From contig JBHGNT010000011.1 of assembly GCA_043228905.1 (NCBI GenBank), forward strand, positions 18,662,001 to 18,726,000: DNA of 64,000 bases, read 5' to 3'. Made by a program: the position numbers and the translations under genes. The notes beneath the pieces are model-generated. The model was not told where the DNA came from and did no database searches. It saw nothing but the letters and a program-made list of their open reading frames with translations. Positions within the stretch are counted from its first letter, which is position 1. Each line of letters starts with the position of its first letter. Below, in pieces: positions 1 to 13,913 of the stretch. Origin of the DNA: Azolla caroliniana. Lineage: Eukaryota > Plantae > Polypodiophyta.

Positions 1-18
1 TTTGTTATATCTCTGCAG

Positions 19-3000
19 CATCTTAGAGTTTTGGATCACACGAAATTAGTTGTATTTCCCGCAGAGCCTGACCGCAAGAAGCTTCATTTTGCTTTGTTCA
101 ACTTACGAAACATGCTTCCCAAAGTGATTGTCAAGGTTTTCCTCTTTTTGTTTGAATTAAAATACAAGGAACTTGAGCTATGCTCTATTTTTGTCAACCA
201 TTTTTAAAAAACAATTCTACAGGGCATCCCTACAGTAGAACGGGCTGTGATCAATCAAGATAAAGGAAAATATAATCTTCTTGTTGAAGGGTTTGTACCT
301 TGCTCTCTGTTTCTCTCTAAAAGCATGTCTACTCTGTAATTGATCTTTTATAATTCGTAAAGGTGATGAAATGATATGATAAACTCAGGACGAACCTTGC
401 TGCTGTTATGGGCACTGCTGGTGTTGATGGTTTGAATACTAAGAGCAACCATGTATTTGAGGCTGAGCATACACTTGGGATTGAAGCTGCTCGAAAGTGC
501 ATCATTGATGAGATTCAGTATACTATGGCCAGTCATGGAATGAGCATAGATATTAGACATATGATGCTCCTTGCAGATGTCATGACATATAAGGCATGTA
601 TATATCTTCTACCAGTTTTGTTCATAAACCATTTTCTGCATTTAATTGTACCAATATTTATGAATTGTAGTTTTCTAATAAGACGTTAAAGTCATCCATT
701 AGTTAGGAGGTAATATGTACAGCAAAAATTGCAATGATATTGAAATGAGGAGGCCAGGAGATAATGCTGGACTTGGAACAGGAGTAACAGGAGACAGACA
801 GAAAGAAAAAAAGAAAGAAAAAGAAAAAAAGAAAAAAAGAAAAATTTAACGTGTTGTAAGAGGCCAATATGGCCTATTAGACCAAACAAGAGATTACATC
901 TTAAAATATTGTCTTGTCTATGAGAACAACAAACCAAAATAAATGTAACTGAATAAAAAAGTAAATAGAAATAGAATAAAATGTGACTGAAGAATCTCGT
1001 CATGTATACATCTAAGATTCTCAAGTCTGTTATATTGTAACTTTTCTCTTCAAAAGATCTCTAACATATGTCAATCCAGAATGGAGAGGTCCCTTAAGTG
1101 AGGGAATCACTTGTGATGGTGGGAGACAATGGCCTTTATTTGTTGATGACAAGGGTGATGAGATTGCGGTCCATGAGGCCAGGGTCCAATCTATTGTTAG
1201 CCCCTTTGCAGTGTCCTAGTTGGGGCCCCGTTTGTGAAGCCCTTGATTGATTGTAGCATGAGTAGGAGTGATTCGGCTAAAGAAAGTTGTGATTGTTCTT
1301 TGCTGATGAGCTTGTGTGGCTGTATTGTCCTAGTCGGGGCCCCGTTTGTGAAGCCCTTGATTGACTTGTAGCATGAGTAGGAGTGATTAGGCTAAAGAAA
1401 GTTGTGATTGTTCTTTGCTGATGAGCTTGTGTGGCTGTATTGTCGTCTTTCAGCAGCTTCTCCACGTGACTCTTGAGTTCTAGCAAGAAAAGCCCCAGGC
1501 ACTCTTGGTCCTCATTTTCTTGGAGTTCCCTGGTGATCTGTTTTATTAGAATGTGATTTTAATTCACTCAAGCCAGGTCAAACTCAATATGTCCCAGAAG
1601 AGAGCTATAATGTGAATGGGTCTTTACAAATGCTGAAGCTAATGTTGATTTTGTACCTTTGAGAGGCACGTAGTGAGAACATCTGCAGGATCCTGTGTAA
1701 CTGATTTTATGCAATGAGATGAGTCCACCCTAACACGTCCTTGATGAAGTGACATCACACATCAATGTCCAAGGTCATTACAGAGACATCCAACCATATG
1801 GTGTCTAAAATGTTCTTAGTGCATTGCACGAAACATGGCATCTGTAGCCAACCATATGGCAGTTTGGTTATCAAAGTGTAGGAATGGTGTCCTCTCACGT
1901 AAACCAAGGTCATAACAGAGACATGCCAACCATATGGCATCTTTGGACGCTTTAGTTGCTGAAATATGGTATATTGTCAGTTGTAGTTAATGCAACAATC
2001 CTCTGAAATCTGGAACGTCGTGACTGCACCACAAGTTAGTGTAAATACATATCTGCTAGTGGATTTGCCTGTATTTACATTATCTGTCATATCGGGTTCA
2101 CAGAATCCATGTAATCTGAATGGCTTTTCATAACATAGACATTCATCTTTTGTCCCCTTCAAAGATCTCATAATTGCCTTGATGGCGTCGACATATAGCA
2201 CCAAAATGATGGGGTTGGCATCGACATCATGTTGTGTAGAGATAATCATCTGCATAGCTCGTTTTTAACCCATGTGGTAACATAGAAGTTTTGTACTTTT
2301 TATACCATGGTCTACGAGCTTGATTCAGCCACCAAATGTTGCTTATCCAGAATTGCAACCCATCTGGCTTTCTCACATATAGCTCTTCTTCAATACCACC
2401 AAGCAAGAAAGTAATCTTACATCCATCTGGTAAAGCTTCAATGCAAAAAGCTGCAATAGGAGGAAACAAAATCTGCAAGGTGGTCATTTTGACGACATGG
2501 GCAATCTTGATTTTATACACCCACCTATCATAAATGATACTTGTTCCTTGGGCAATTCAATCAAGTCCCAAGGATATTTGCAATCAAAGCTTCTTCTTCT
2601 TTTTGCATTGCAATCTGCCTGTAATTCCAGATGGTCCTAACCTAGACCTCTGAGGCATGCAGAAAACTGTCCAAGTTGTCTCGAAAGGTTTGAAGAAGGA
2701 ATCTCCCACAGATTTGTTTGTGAACTGGACGCCACATGCTGTCTGGTACACAAAACTTGAAGGCATGCTTCAAAAAATCTGGAGCATCAAAATATGAGAA
2801 GCCCCCAATCAGCTGGCCTAAACCTAGATGGGTCGACATCAGTGGGCAACCATGAACTTATTTGTTTCTCTTTCAGCTCATCTTATTCTACGAATTGTAA
2901 TGTGTTGTGACAAAATATTTTCTCTAGCCATACCTCGTATAGATAAGCATCTTCCAAAATGGGTTGTTCAATTGGAGCTAGTACTTGTCCAAAAATAAAT

Positions 3001-4087
3001 GGCACATACTTCAATACTAAGTACATCTTAACCAGACAACAGAGAATATTCTTCTAGTAGACCTGACTAGTCAATCCCATTAACCTACTTCCCGCTTTCA
3101 TAAATACATTCTATATTACTCATCCATGGTTTCCCTCATTGACACCTCATCGACCCATATGGTTTGGTTGCACAATAGCTACTCCTCATTTTGGGGTGCT
3201 ATCACAAAATGTGCACTCTTTAGAATACATGTGGAGATGAACTCACAACATGAGGGTGATCATTGACTATATGTAACTAGGTGCAGAGTGATCTCAAGAG
3301 GGTAGTCTGAACCCATGAAACATCATTTTGTAGACTATACTATGCTCTGTTTTGATAAGACAGACCACTTTGTCCACATACACTCCTTTCAAATTATCTC
3401 CATTGTCATAATATATCATGTATGCTTTTTCACACACATGTGCAAAGTGAATTCTTGAGATGAGGCGTCAATGTGGGAAACCACAGTCTGTAAAGGAACA
3501 ACTCAATGGTTCAAAGAGTATGTCTTCTGGCCTTTGAGTTGGTATGACATGAGAACATTGCTGAAATAAATTGATATTCGTTTACATTTTTAAGCATGGA
3601 AAGAGAAACATTTGCCATTCAACATGTATTTACTGCTATTATTCAACTTGTCAATTGAATGAGTCTCTTACAGTTGTAAATTAAGGTGGAAGGCTTTTAG
3701 AGCTGCTATGTAAGATGGAAGTCTGTTGGATCTTCAATGCTGAGAATTTTGTGTGTCAACAGGGAGAGGTCCTTGGAATTACCCGCTTTGGAATTGCTAA
3801 AATGAAAGATAGTGTACTCATGTTGGCGTCCTTTGAAAAAACTACAGACCATCTTTTTGATGCAGCTGTTCATGGTCGACTTGATCAAATTGAGGGAGTT
3901 AGTGAATGTATTATTATGGGTATCCCAATGCCAATCGGCACTGGTCTACTAAAGATACGGCAGAAGTAAGCCATCCTTACTGTGTTTGTATTTGCCTGTG
4001 AGAGAGATGGGCAAATAACCTGTATTTTTTTGCAGGGTGGATGCTTTACCCAAGCTGGACTATGGTTTGTCGAGCACATTATTGTAA
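19..4087 (+). CDS. NRPC1: RNA polymerase III largest subunit, 3' part (5' end lies outside the window); exons 19-135, 223-290, 389-593, 3763-3965, 4036-4087
   Basis: The spliced translation reads ...[17 protein letters not shown]...[75 protein letters not shown]...[18 protein letters not shown]...[17 protein letters not shown]. These are the RPC1 C-terminal motifs, and there is no heptad CTD. Exon phases are all consistent. Confidence 0.95.
1212..1444. repeat. Tandem duplication, about 114 bp x2
   Basis: The unit TGTCCTAGT(T/C)GGGGCCCCGTTTGTGAAGCCC...GTGGCTGTAT starts at 1212 and again at 1326; the copies are nearly identical. Confidence 0.9.
1640..2860 (-). mobile_element. Degenerate Ty1/Copia RT-RNaseH remnant inside the NRPC1 intron
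   Basis: Minus-strand fragments [79 protein letters not shown] and [12 protein letters not shown]...DPADVL match Copia RT/RNaseH motifs in the expected order, with stops and frameshifts. Confidence 0.85.
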
Positions 4088-7000
4088 CATAGAGATTTTT
4101 GCCGTTTCCCCTGGATTGAATTACAATCCTTTGGTTCAAGAGTATGACAGCAAGATAGTGGAGACAGTTAATGTCTATATCTATTCATCAGATAGTAGTC
4201 GGGGCCCAAGATAACTGCTTGGACATCATCCTTTGGCTCATTTCTCCTCTATGTGCATCCTAAAAGTGATAGATGCGAAGGGGTTCTCCTGTTTTCTATT
4301 TTTTGGTTCTTTTCATAATTGCAGCCTTGCAAGATGAGGATGGTGTATTGAAATAGCGAGCCCTCGATCTTTTCGAAGATTCTCCACGCTAAAATGCAAG
4401 AAAAGCTTGAAGTGGATCCTTTCAAATTGCATAGGTTATTATTTTTTGTTGGACAGTAACAATAAATTATCTCTGGTATTGTGGATATAAAACAACAGAT
4501 TCTGGTAATCAACATGCAATTGCTATTATTCGGCCTCCCCATAGAAGAGAGCCATTATTAATTTATTTATTTTATGAAAGAGAGAAGATACCTAATGCCA
4601 AACAGAACAGCAATCAAGATATTTGTATTTATGCATGGTTATTAAGTTTCTTGTGGGAGGCATCCATAAATAGATGAATTCTCATGGGTCTCTGGGCGCT
4701 GGTTTGAGAAATTGAGTTTTCATTAAGTTGTACCATGTAATGAATGATTAATATAGCCAAGGTTGGCTATTGTGAAGAGGTCGGAATCCTAGACATTAGA
4801 ATCCTAATTGGAATGACCACATGGCTCTCGAGCTTTTATTGGTCATGGATCTTTTGGTCTACAAATTAGTCGCGATTTATCCTTTTCACAATGGCAATGT
4901 GATGAGTATGGAGGCATGTAAGAAGTGTTTGTGAACTGAGCATTCTAAGTTCTTTGGAGGAAGTTTGAGGGAAGAGGTAGAAACCCCAAAAACAGGAGTG
5001 AGGGCAAGGGTCTAGGTTAGAGTTGCATATTGTCTTGTCCAATTTGAAGTGAAAATAGAAAATAAATAGTTGTTGAATAAGATAATTAAAGACAACAAAA
5101 ATGGCACCTCTTGGTAACGAAGAGTTGGAAGACCCCAATTGAGTTTATTGTATAAGAGGTTTTGAATAAATGAAGAAATATGTACTTCAACTTTTGTATG
5201 CATAATGACTTAATTTCAAATCCAAGAACGTTGATCGTTTGTGGATGAATAATTTATCACAACATAGGCCCCAAAGGTTGGTCCGTCTTTTATTTATACT
5301 TAATAGAAGATAATATTGTAACACAAAGTCTAAAACCATGACAATTAGCATCTTAAGCCTATTTGAAAGCCAAAACCCATACCGAGTGCTTTCAAAATCT
5401 TCTGTAAGGCATGTAAGGCTGAAGCATCCCATTATTTATTGCGAACATAGACCTAAGCAACTACAAGCAACACACATTGTTTTAAAATTAGGTAATGAAT
5501 TGATTGCCTCTACTTGGGTAGAATCCATTTGTATGCCTCATTTTGAAACAATGCACAAAGGGAAATATATCTCTTCTAAAAAGAACTCACTTTTCTTTGC
5601 ATTATAAGAAATCTCTTATTTTATATATGTATCTCATCGAAAATCACAATTAAATAGTTCATGTGCACGTGTTCATTTTTACATGCACTTTTGTGCCATT
5701 AAGGCGTTTCATTTAGATGGTACATAATACAAATGCGAATATTAGGTTCTATGCATGATTCTATTGAAAGTGATTGAGAATTTTGTAAGTGAAAAAGTCT
5801 AACGTTCCAAAAAGTAGTCTAACCCGCAACCTTAATCTACATCCTTATTCCTTATCCAAATATGGTGATATTTGTTTTTTAAATCAATTTGGTAAATATT
5901 GCCCCTCGAATAAATGGTTGAGAATATCAACACCATTGGTGTTAGAAATATGTTTCTTGATTGTGTTCCTATGCAACACATGATAGTGAATACAAATATT
6001 CCAAGAACGATATTGCTTTTGTAAGAAAAATAGAAGAAAATGGTAAGTGAATGAAGTGGGCACACAATGTGTGGTGTGCTAGGCATATGGAATATCACTA
6101 ATAAATTTATGAACGTTCAATATCTTGTGGGTAAACTGCTATTTAGTGCAAATGTTGTAACTATGTAGAAGAGAGAGGAGTGGTCTATAAGAAATGAAAC
6201 CCTTTCCTTAGTTGTGTTAGATCTTCTTAACATCATCTCAAGGGATTCATGAGTTTGTGCTTGCTTGGTCTTCAAGCGTTTGCGAGGATTGATAATAGAC
6301 TAAGTGATAACATTTTGGGGCATACAATTGCATTAATATGTTGTTGATGGCTATGTCGAGGCATTGACAAATACATGGAAGTCTTTGTTCCAATATGAAG
6401 GTTGCACTACCTTGGACAACATTACTTTGAGGGCACGAAATGCTTTCTCTTATATTTTTGTCCATAAATACAAAATGAGTTGGATGACATTTAGGAGCAA
6501 GTTTGTGACTATGCCAATTGATTTGGCCAAGGAATCATGTGAATTCTAGTGTCAAGGAAAGCTTCTACGTTGCCAAGGAAATCTCGTGTTTACTCACAAT
6601 TTTAGGTTTTAGGCTAAAGGTATCGATCGTTAGGTCATTTACCTTGACGCATGTTGATCTACTAAAGAAAACTTGGGAAACTTCATTCTTTCTTGTTAAA
6701 ATATGCTTCAAACTATTTAAAAAATATTGTGCACCTTCTAGTTCATGCCAATATACAAAATATTGCCACATTGTTAAACATGTGTTTTCTCATATTGTTC
6801 GCATTAACACTATCCGCAACCCTTTTGGATGAGTAGATGTCACTCTAATTGGGTCACCCTACCATAATGATATAATCAAAGGTCTTTACCTTTAAGTTGA
6901 ATGAGAAAACCAAAGTACTTTGAATGAACAAGTTGATATCATCGATTCAAAATGTTTGAGCTCTCACATCCTAGAATTATCCACAAGGAAACCATGATAG

Positions 7001-8139
7001 AGCCTCTTATTTGCCATTTATGGACTCATGTGGAGCAACACCCATAATCCCTATTTTATTACCGAAATTCAAAGTAGAAGGAAATACCCATACGGTGACT
7101 AACTAATCTAAGCTAAATTGAAAAATGAGTTAGAAGTAAATACAAGGAAAACTAATACTAAAAAATGATGTACTACATTTGGGCTTGATGAATTCATTTG
7201 ATAAACAAACATTACATGTGAAGTAACTAAGTGGACAATAGTGAACTTTAATACTAGCGAATCAAGCTCAAAGAAAAGATTTACAAGTAGGTCCTCCTAT
7301 AAGTTGGATGGAGGTCACATTGCTTATTGCAAAGTAGTTTGGATAAAGGGCACAAATTTGCGAGCAAACATCACTTCCTATGACTATGCGATTGATCTAG
7401 GCCATGCCCATCTACACACATAAAATTTGATATGATTTATATGAATAAGTCAAAAATTGGATAGTAAGATGTCTTCAACAACTATTGTTGGGTGTGCCCA
7501 ACAACATGTGCCCAACAAGGTATGCATGTCTATTCATGTGAAATATACAATTCCTTTGTTCTCCTCAATAATGGTTATGTTGGTTCAAAAGACGCGGGAT
7601 TAGTAATCGGGAATGGTTTGGGAGTATAAAGCTACATGCATTTCAAACCAACCAATTGAAAGTTTTGAAGACTAATTGCCACACTGAATTGAACCATGCA
7701 TGTGTAAATAATTCAAACCGAACCATTTGAGGGCCAAACCATCCGAGGAGTTTTGGAGCTCAAATCAAAGAGAAGCTATTGTGGCTTGATCTCCTGAACA
7801 TTGTTGTTTTCTTGGGTCAATTTGTTCTAAGAAGCTATTGGTGGAGCAAGAGGTTTATATCATCACATACACATACATACATAGATATACACACATACAT
7901 ACATACATATACACACAATACATACAATACATACACTGTAGAGAATGTAGAGGTTCCTCCTCCCTCCTCCAAGGTGTCAAAGATTAGAAGTACATTATGG
8001 AGGTGTCCAAGGTCATCAAGTGTCAACCAATCAAGCGATTGTGTTGCGGATCGAAACAAGTGGATATAACATCCAATTACAATTCTTCGATCGCAGAGCA
8101 TGTAGAGGGAGGGAGGGATTGGTGAGTCCTCGTGCTCTA

Positions 8140-8197
8140 CATATACATATACAATTCTATACTATACATATACTATACTATACTATACATATACTGT

Positions 8198-8243
<46 letters not shown>

Positions 8244-8257
8244 TGTACACACACACA
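8140..8257. repeat. (ATACAT)n/(TATAC)n microsatellite
   Basis: Directly visible. A related (ACAT)n tract lies at 7862-7935. Confidence 0.9.
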
Positions 8258-8509
8258 TGCTTTCTTCATCCCACTCCATTTTCAAATTCTTCGTCTTTCT
8301 CTTCATTTAGCACCAACAGAGAAGGCCACTCACTTCTTCTTCTTCTTTTGCAAGGATTTCAACCCACACCAGGTACTCTGTTTTCTGCCCTTTCTTGAAT
8401 CTAACCTAATTGTCAGGGCGTCCCACCTACCTGAAATAAAAGAAACCCTAAAATATTTTAAACTGTTAAATCTCTTTTTGCGTGTCTGTGTTGTGTGTCT
8501 GCTCACACC

Positions 8510-9379
8510 ATGGGGAGTGATGATGAGGATGATGGTGGTAGTAGAAAGCTCAAACCATTCCACACGTGTGAATGGACCCCTGATGCAGTCTTCTGTCTCA
8601 TGGGGAAGTATGGTGAGAAATATGCAATTGGAAGAGGTTTGCTAAGAAACACTGACTGGGAAGAAGTGGTACATAATGTGAATTCAATGTGTCATGCTCA
8701 AAGCCAGATCAAAACAGTGAAGCAATGCAAAGACAAGATTGATAGCTTGAAAAAGAGGTATAAAACAGAGAAAACAAAGATTTTGGGTGGTGGTTCTTCT
8801 TCCTCCACATGGATTTTCTTCAACAAAATGGATGAAATCATGAAGTCTGTGCCAATAACCATCAGGGCAACTCCAAAGATAGTGAAATTAGCCACACTTA
8901 GCTCTTGCGGTGAAGATTCCGTTTCAACAAGAAGCTCTCCGATAAGAGAGAGTGACAGTGAGCAAGGTCGATCTTCCCAAAGGAAAGAGAAAACCACACC
9001 CTTAGACGACTGTTCAGATCTTGAGTCATCGTCCTCAGATGATGATGATGATGACGACGATGAAGAAGAGGAGGAAGATGAAGGCGAGGATATACACAGA
9101 AATGATCCTATTGGTGGAGATTGTCAGAAGAAGATAGAACAGTTCTCTGATACCATTCGCAAAATTCTCACAAAGAAAAGGCAAGTGTGCCTTCATCCTG
9201 TAAAAGCTTTGGCTGATGCTATTGTCGAGTTCTCAGATGTGTATGCAAGAATTGAGATAGCCAAAATGGAAGTTTATACTGATATGCAACTTGAAATAGC
9301 CAAACTTCAGAGTAGGAAAGAGAAACCTAAAAGAAGGAAAACAAGATTGTCTGGTTTCTCAGATTCTGAGATGCTATGA
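8510..9379 (+). CDS. Trihelix transcription factor, ASIL/SIP1 clade (Myb/SANT-like DNA-binding domain), intronless CDS
   Basis: ATG at 8510. The domain reads WTPDAVFCLMGKYGEKY..GRGLLRNTDWEEVV...KTVKQCKDKIDSLKKRYKTEK...WIFFNKMDEIM. An acidic tract and the C-terminal helix LADAIVEFSDVYARIEIAKME, typical of ASIL-like proteins, follow. Confidence 0.9.
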   Translation: MGSDDEDDGGSRKLKPFHTCEWTPDAVFCLMGKYGEKYAIGRGLLRNTDWEEVVHNVNSMCHAQSQIKTVKQCKDKIDSLKKRYKTEKTKILGGGSSSSTWIFFNKMDEIMKSVPITIRATPKIVKLATLSSCGEDSVSTRSSPIRESDSEQGRSSQRKEKTTPLDDCSDLESSSSDDDDDDDDEEEEEDEGEDIHRNDPIGGDCQKKIEQFSDTIRKILTKKRQVCLHPVKALADAIVEFSDVYARIEIAKMEVYTDMQLEIAKLQSRKEKPKRRKTRLSGFSDSEML

Positions 9380-12300
9380 GTTTGATATGTTTGTAGACAG
9401 TTGCTCACCCTAAGCCATAACTTGTTGCTCCATCTATTATATAGGAGCTTTTTTATGAAAAATCATTGAATGAATATGTTTGTTTTGATTGTAGAAATTG
9501 CTTGCCTCAGCCATAAACTCTGCTCCCAATCTTTGATTGAGGAGCTTTTTGATGAACAATCACGGCAAGATCATGGTTGGATGCATGATTTTGTAAACGT
9601 GGCGCTTGCACCTTCATTAGAACAAGATGGTTTTTAAGAGAAGGCATGATTATGAGTGTTGCTTGCACCATCATTTGTACCTCTAGTCGAATGAATGATT
9701 GTTGGTTTGAAACATCATTTGAACCTCAAGTGCAATGATTGTTTGTTTTGAAACATGTTTCATTATTAGAGCAAGTTGGTTTTTGAGAGATGTACATGTA
9801 CTAAGGAAATGTGTTCTTTGCATATGTCTGAGCTTGTTGCAAATTTTTCAGTGTTTGTTTGATAACCTTTATTAGTATTTCAATAAGTTAATATTAACAG
9901 TTGTGGTTTAAATCCAATTTATTTCTGAATTGTTCCATCAACATGTAAGAAACAACTTCATTTTTTTATGAGGTAACCTTTAAATTTTTTGGTGCGATTT
10001 AACAATTCGTGCTTATTACAAATGCTATAATAAATGTATGTACTAATAAAGAACTGCGTTCGATTGATACATTGGTTCCCCCATATTGGCGTTCGAGTTG
10101 GGGCTAGCATGGGTATGTGATGTTCTCATTACCCAACCCATATTGATGTTGAGCACTTTTGCTGTTGTCATTTGAAGAGGTGGTCATCGCAACATACTAC
10201 CTACCTGTGAGGTAAATTGATTGGCAGGTTTGGCAAGGCAAAATGCACAAGACTTGTACATCATGAGGGAGGCCCATCCCGAAGAATTTTCAATGCCTCG
10301 ATGACAAGAGAGCTAGTAGAATGCAAGGGCATTGGTAGAAGTTAGAACCATGGAAGATATCTTGGAGGTTCCAAACCTTGTTTGTTGTGTGTCATGCTTT
10401 GTCAACTTCTGTATTTGTTGCTTCAAAATTGATGTGGAAGGCTTACTAGTTTTATACAAAGAGGTACAAGGTGAGTAGGAGCACAACTCAATTAATATTG
10501 GTTGTGTGAGGAGTGAGGCTCCTCTCATCAATATTGACTATTGGATAGGTATTATTCTTCTCTATGTTAACTATTCTTCCCTATATATATTGCTTTTCTC
10601 TTCTTATATAGAGTGACGAGTGTGATATGTGAACCATCGGTGCCACCTTCAATGTACCATCGGAAGTATTTGTTGGCCTCTTAAAGTATTTGCTTGCGTA
10701 TCATTAAGTGCTTGAATCTTGGGAGATATGTTAATGCTTATTAATTACATTGTAGTTTGATCCTCGACACATTTATTAGCTCATATGCTTACATTAATTT
10801 ATCATTACAATTTAGTGGGATGGCCAACAATCACTAAGACTATGTGTACAATCAGATTTACCCATATGTTTCTCAATGCGATGGTTGGAAATCTTTGCTA
10901 GATTATGTGTACAATCAATTGACAATATTTGATATGCAATGTTCTATCAAAATCCTACCCCATTCATCTACCTTTACTTGATATGCCATCATGTTGATCA
11001 ACATATATACCTGATATATTTCCACTTAGAATACTTTTCGTTTCTCAAACCCTTCTTATCATAATATACAAACTCATGGTGAGAAATCTATTGCACACAA
11101 GGTTGTCTAGAGTGGATATAAGAATGTGTTTAATAACATATTTTTTAGCTTGTTATCTTGTAGAATAGTATTTAGCATCCACCATTGCTAATTGCATTCC
11201 ACCAACTCCATGGTTTGTTGCTTTCAATTATAAAACTTGGAATGTATTCCATTTGGGAACAATTCCTATAAACTTGCAATGTTTGGAAGGTTTACCAACT
11301 CAACGCTTGTCACTTAAAAGATAGTTGGAGCTCCATCAATTAGGAGGCTTGCAATTCCATCGCATTTAGTCCTCGAGATAGATTATTCACATTCCATATG
11401 CTAAGTAATGCAACAACACATTAGTCCAAAATCTCTTGTTGAATGACAAGAACAAGTCTTGTTCTAGAAGGTTGTGGTGTATTGGTGAAGAGTTTCTTTC
11501 TCTCTCCTTGATCATCTTGTCTTCAACCCCTTTATTTTCTTCCTTTGTTGTCTTTCTCCACTACCATTACCCTAGTATGCATAGCTTCCTTCTTAATATG
11601 CTTTTCATTATGCTCCTATAGGCTATCAATATCTTTAGTGAACTCAAAAGATCACTTGAAGTAAAAGTCAAGTGTCTACAAGGTTATGCTCATATGTTTG
11701 AATTATTTTTTAGGGTATCACTCGAATCTCGATGCCAATGTCTTCCTCCTCAATTATTGATTCCCATTGATCCCGCGGTGCGCCATTGTTCGTGTTTCGT
11801 TTTGCCTCCGTTTAAAATCTATTGTGGCAATGATATTGCAAGAGGGGGAGTGGGAAAATAGCTCATTGTCGTGATGGAGTAAAATATTGAATGCCTTTTG
11901 TTTTAGCATATCCCTCATTTACTAATCACTTAATGAGAGAACAATATTCTACTTCCCTCCACAAGGGGGAATAAAAGAAACAATTGGTTCTATTTCACTC
12001 CATTTCAAAAGTGACCCTTGAAGGTACGTAGTTGAAGGACTAGAGCGTGCAACTATAAACCATGGTGTCACAAGATCTTAATCCTTCTTTATCCACAAGA
12101 ACCGATCATCCTGGAAATGCGCTTACTATCTTGGGCAATGAGCCTTTTTCTTATCTAGTGTGGATGGGTTTGTTTAATGGTACATGACATACATCATATT
12201 TATTTGTTTTTTGTTTTGCAATTTGTTGTGGTTGCCAAAAACATTTTATAGTTGAAAGTTGCAATATGTATATATTTAATGTTGATATGCATCATGTTTA

Positions 12301-13265
12301 TCTACCATATGTTATGCAATTCATCAATCTTTGCCAAAAGTGCAAACCGTTGAAAACCTTAATCAAATTTTCATTATGTTTACTAATGTAGATGGTTCTA
12401 AACTCTTGCTATAGGCTATTTTCATGTGGTGATGTAGACATGTGTTCATGAATTACTATGTGGAATGGATAAAAATGCATGCTACTCTTTGTCTTTTTCA
12501 TATGAAGAGATGATCCCTTAGATATTTTGGATGAAAGTTCGTGATACATTTTAGCTTTGAGTAGTCAAATGTGAAGTGTTTTCTTGCTGACCCGATCCAG
12601 AATGTAAATGATGATTGTGGGATGTGCGCGATGAAAATGACTCGAGAGTCTCTTGGCTTTCTTGCTAACTCGAGCTAGAATGTAAATGATTTTGTGGGAT
12701 CCCATGCAATGAAGACCGCAAGGGGAGTCCAAAACCATCTAAAACCGAGGGTATATATCGGTCAGTAGGCAGCAAAGGAAAAACCAAATGCAGGAAGCTA
12801 GATGGTTGATTGTGAGGGGTGGGTGGGTGGGGTGCAAGGATCAAAGTGATCGCGAGTCATTCGATCTCCTCCCGTGTATAAATGTCATGTGGAATCTGGA
12901 TGTAACGGGAAACAAATGTTTACGATGCGACGAAAAAATAAAGAACCACGAGAGATGGTGGTAGCGATTCCGATTGATTCTGAGTGGAACAACAAACATA
13001 CCATGTGAAGGGGACCCAAAGGAAGAAGTTGGGGGGGCAAAGAAAATTGTATAACCATAAAACATGGATGGTGTGTGGAGAGCTGCAATTGCTAAAATTA
13101 GGAAGCAAATACTGTGTGTGCAGAGTCAAGTCTGTCTCCTAGATTCTCTGAGAGAAGAAAAGAGTGGTAACATGGGTGGAGGTGGGGTTCTGCATTTTTC
13201 TTTCTTTCTTTCTTCTTTGGATGCATTGAAAATGCTTAGCAGATTTGAAGGGGGAATCCATTCCA

Positions 13266-13400
13266 TGTGGCATGCACATATATATATGTGTGTGTGTGTG
13301 TATGACATATGTATGATGACCCATGCCCATGTGGCATGGCATGGCATACATCAGTATCACGTGGCATGGCATGGCATGGCATGCCCATCCCATGCATGCA
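13266..13400 (+). promoter_or_regulatory. RY-like (CATGCA/GGCATG) repeat cluster with a G-box, upstream of the MADS gene
   Basis: (GGCAT)n runs, CATGCATGCA near 13391 and CACGTGGC near 13358. Confidence 0.4.
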
Positions 13401-13455
13401 TCATCAGCCATGTGCGCTTGGCGGGGAGTAGTTGTGGATGCAGGCGCGCGGGGGC

Positions 13456-13601
13456 AGAGAGAGAGAGAGATAGAGAGAATAGTTAAGAAAACAGGGGAGG
13501 AGAGAGAGAGTAGTTGGAACAGGGGAGGAGAGAGAGAGAGAGAGAGAATATAGTTGAAACAGGGGAGGAGAGAGAGTCCATAATACATTACAATTTTGTC
13601 C

Positions 13602-13645
<44 letters not shown>

Positions 13646-13860
13646 TTGGTTTTGATGACTGTGGATATGGCTATGGCATTTGCTTTTGACTCTCCTAAAA
13701 ATGGGGGCCTGTTGGGTCCATGTGAGAGAGAGGGGGGGGGGCCTTCACTCTCCCATTCTTAGCTATACGCCATTCCTCCCTACTCCTGCTATATATATAT
13801 TCTGTACACTACCATAACAAGCAATGTGTGTGTGTGTGGGTGTTAGAGAGAGAGAGAGAG
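13456..13860. repeat. (GA)n tracts plus three copies of TAGTT..AACAGGGGAGGAGAGAGAG in the MADS 5' region
   Basis: Directly visible at 13456-13642 and 13845-13860. Confidence 0.85.
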
Positions 13861-13913
13861 AAGGAAGTAAGCATAGACAGATATAGAAGAAAAGGGAAGA
13901 GGAAGAAGAAGCC

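Noticed and set aside
4900-7500. Fragments resembling MULE or RTE coding remnants
   Set aside because: Too decayed to assign a family or strand by eye.
8570-8660. Trp-to-Tyr change in the first trihelix helix
   Set aside because: Aromatic variation at this position is common in the SIP1/ASIL clade.
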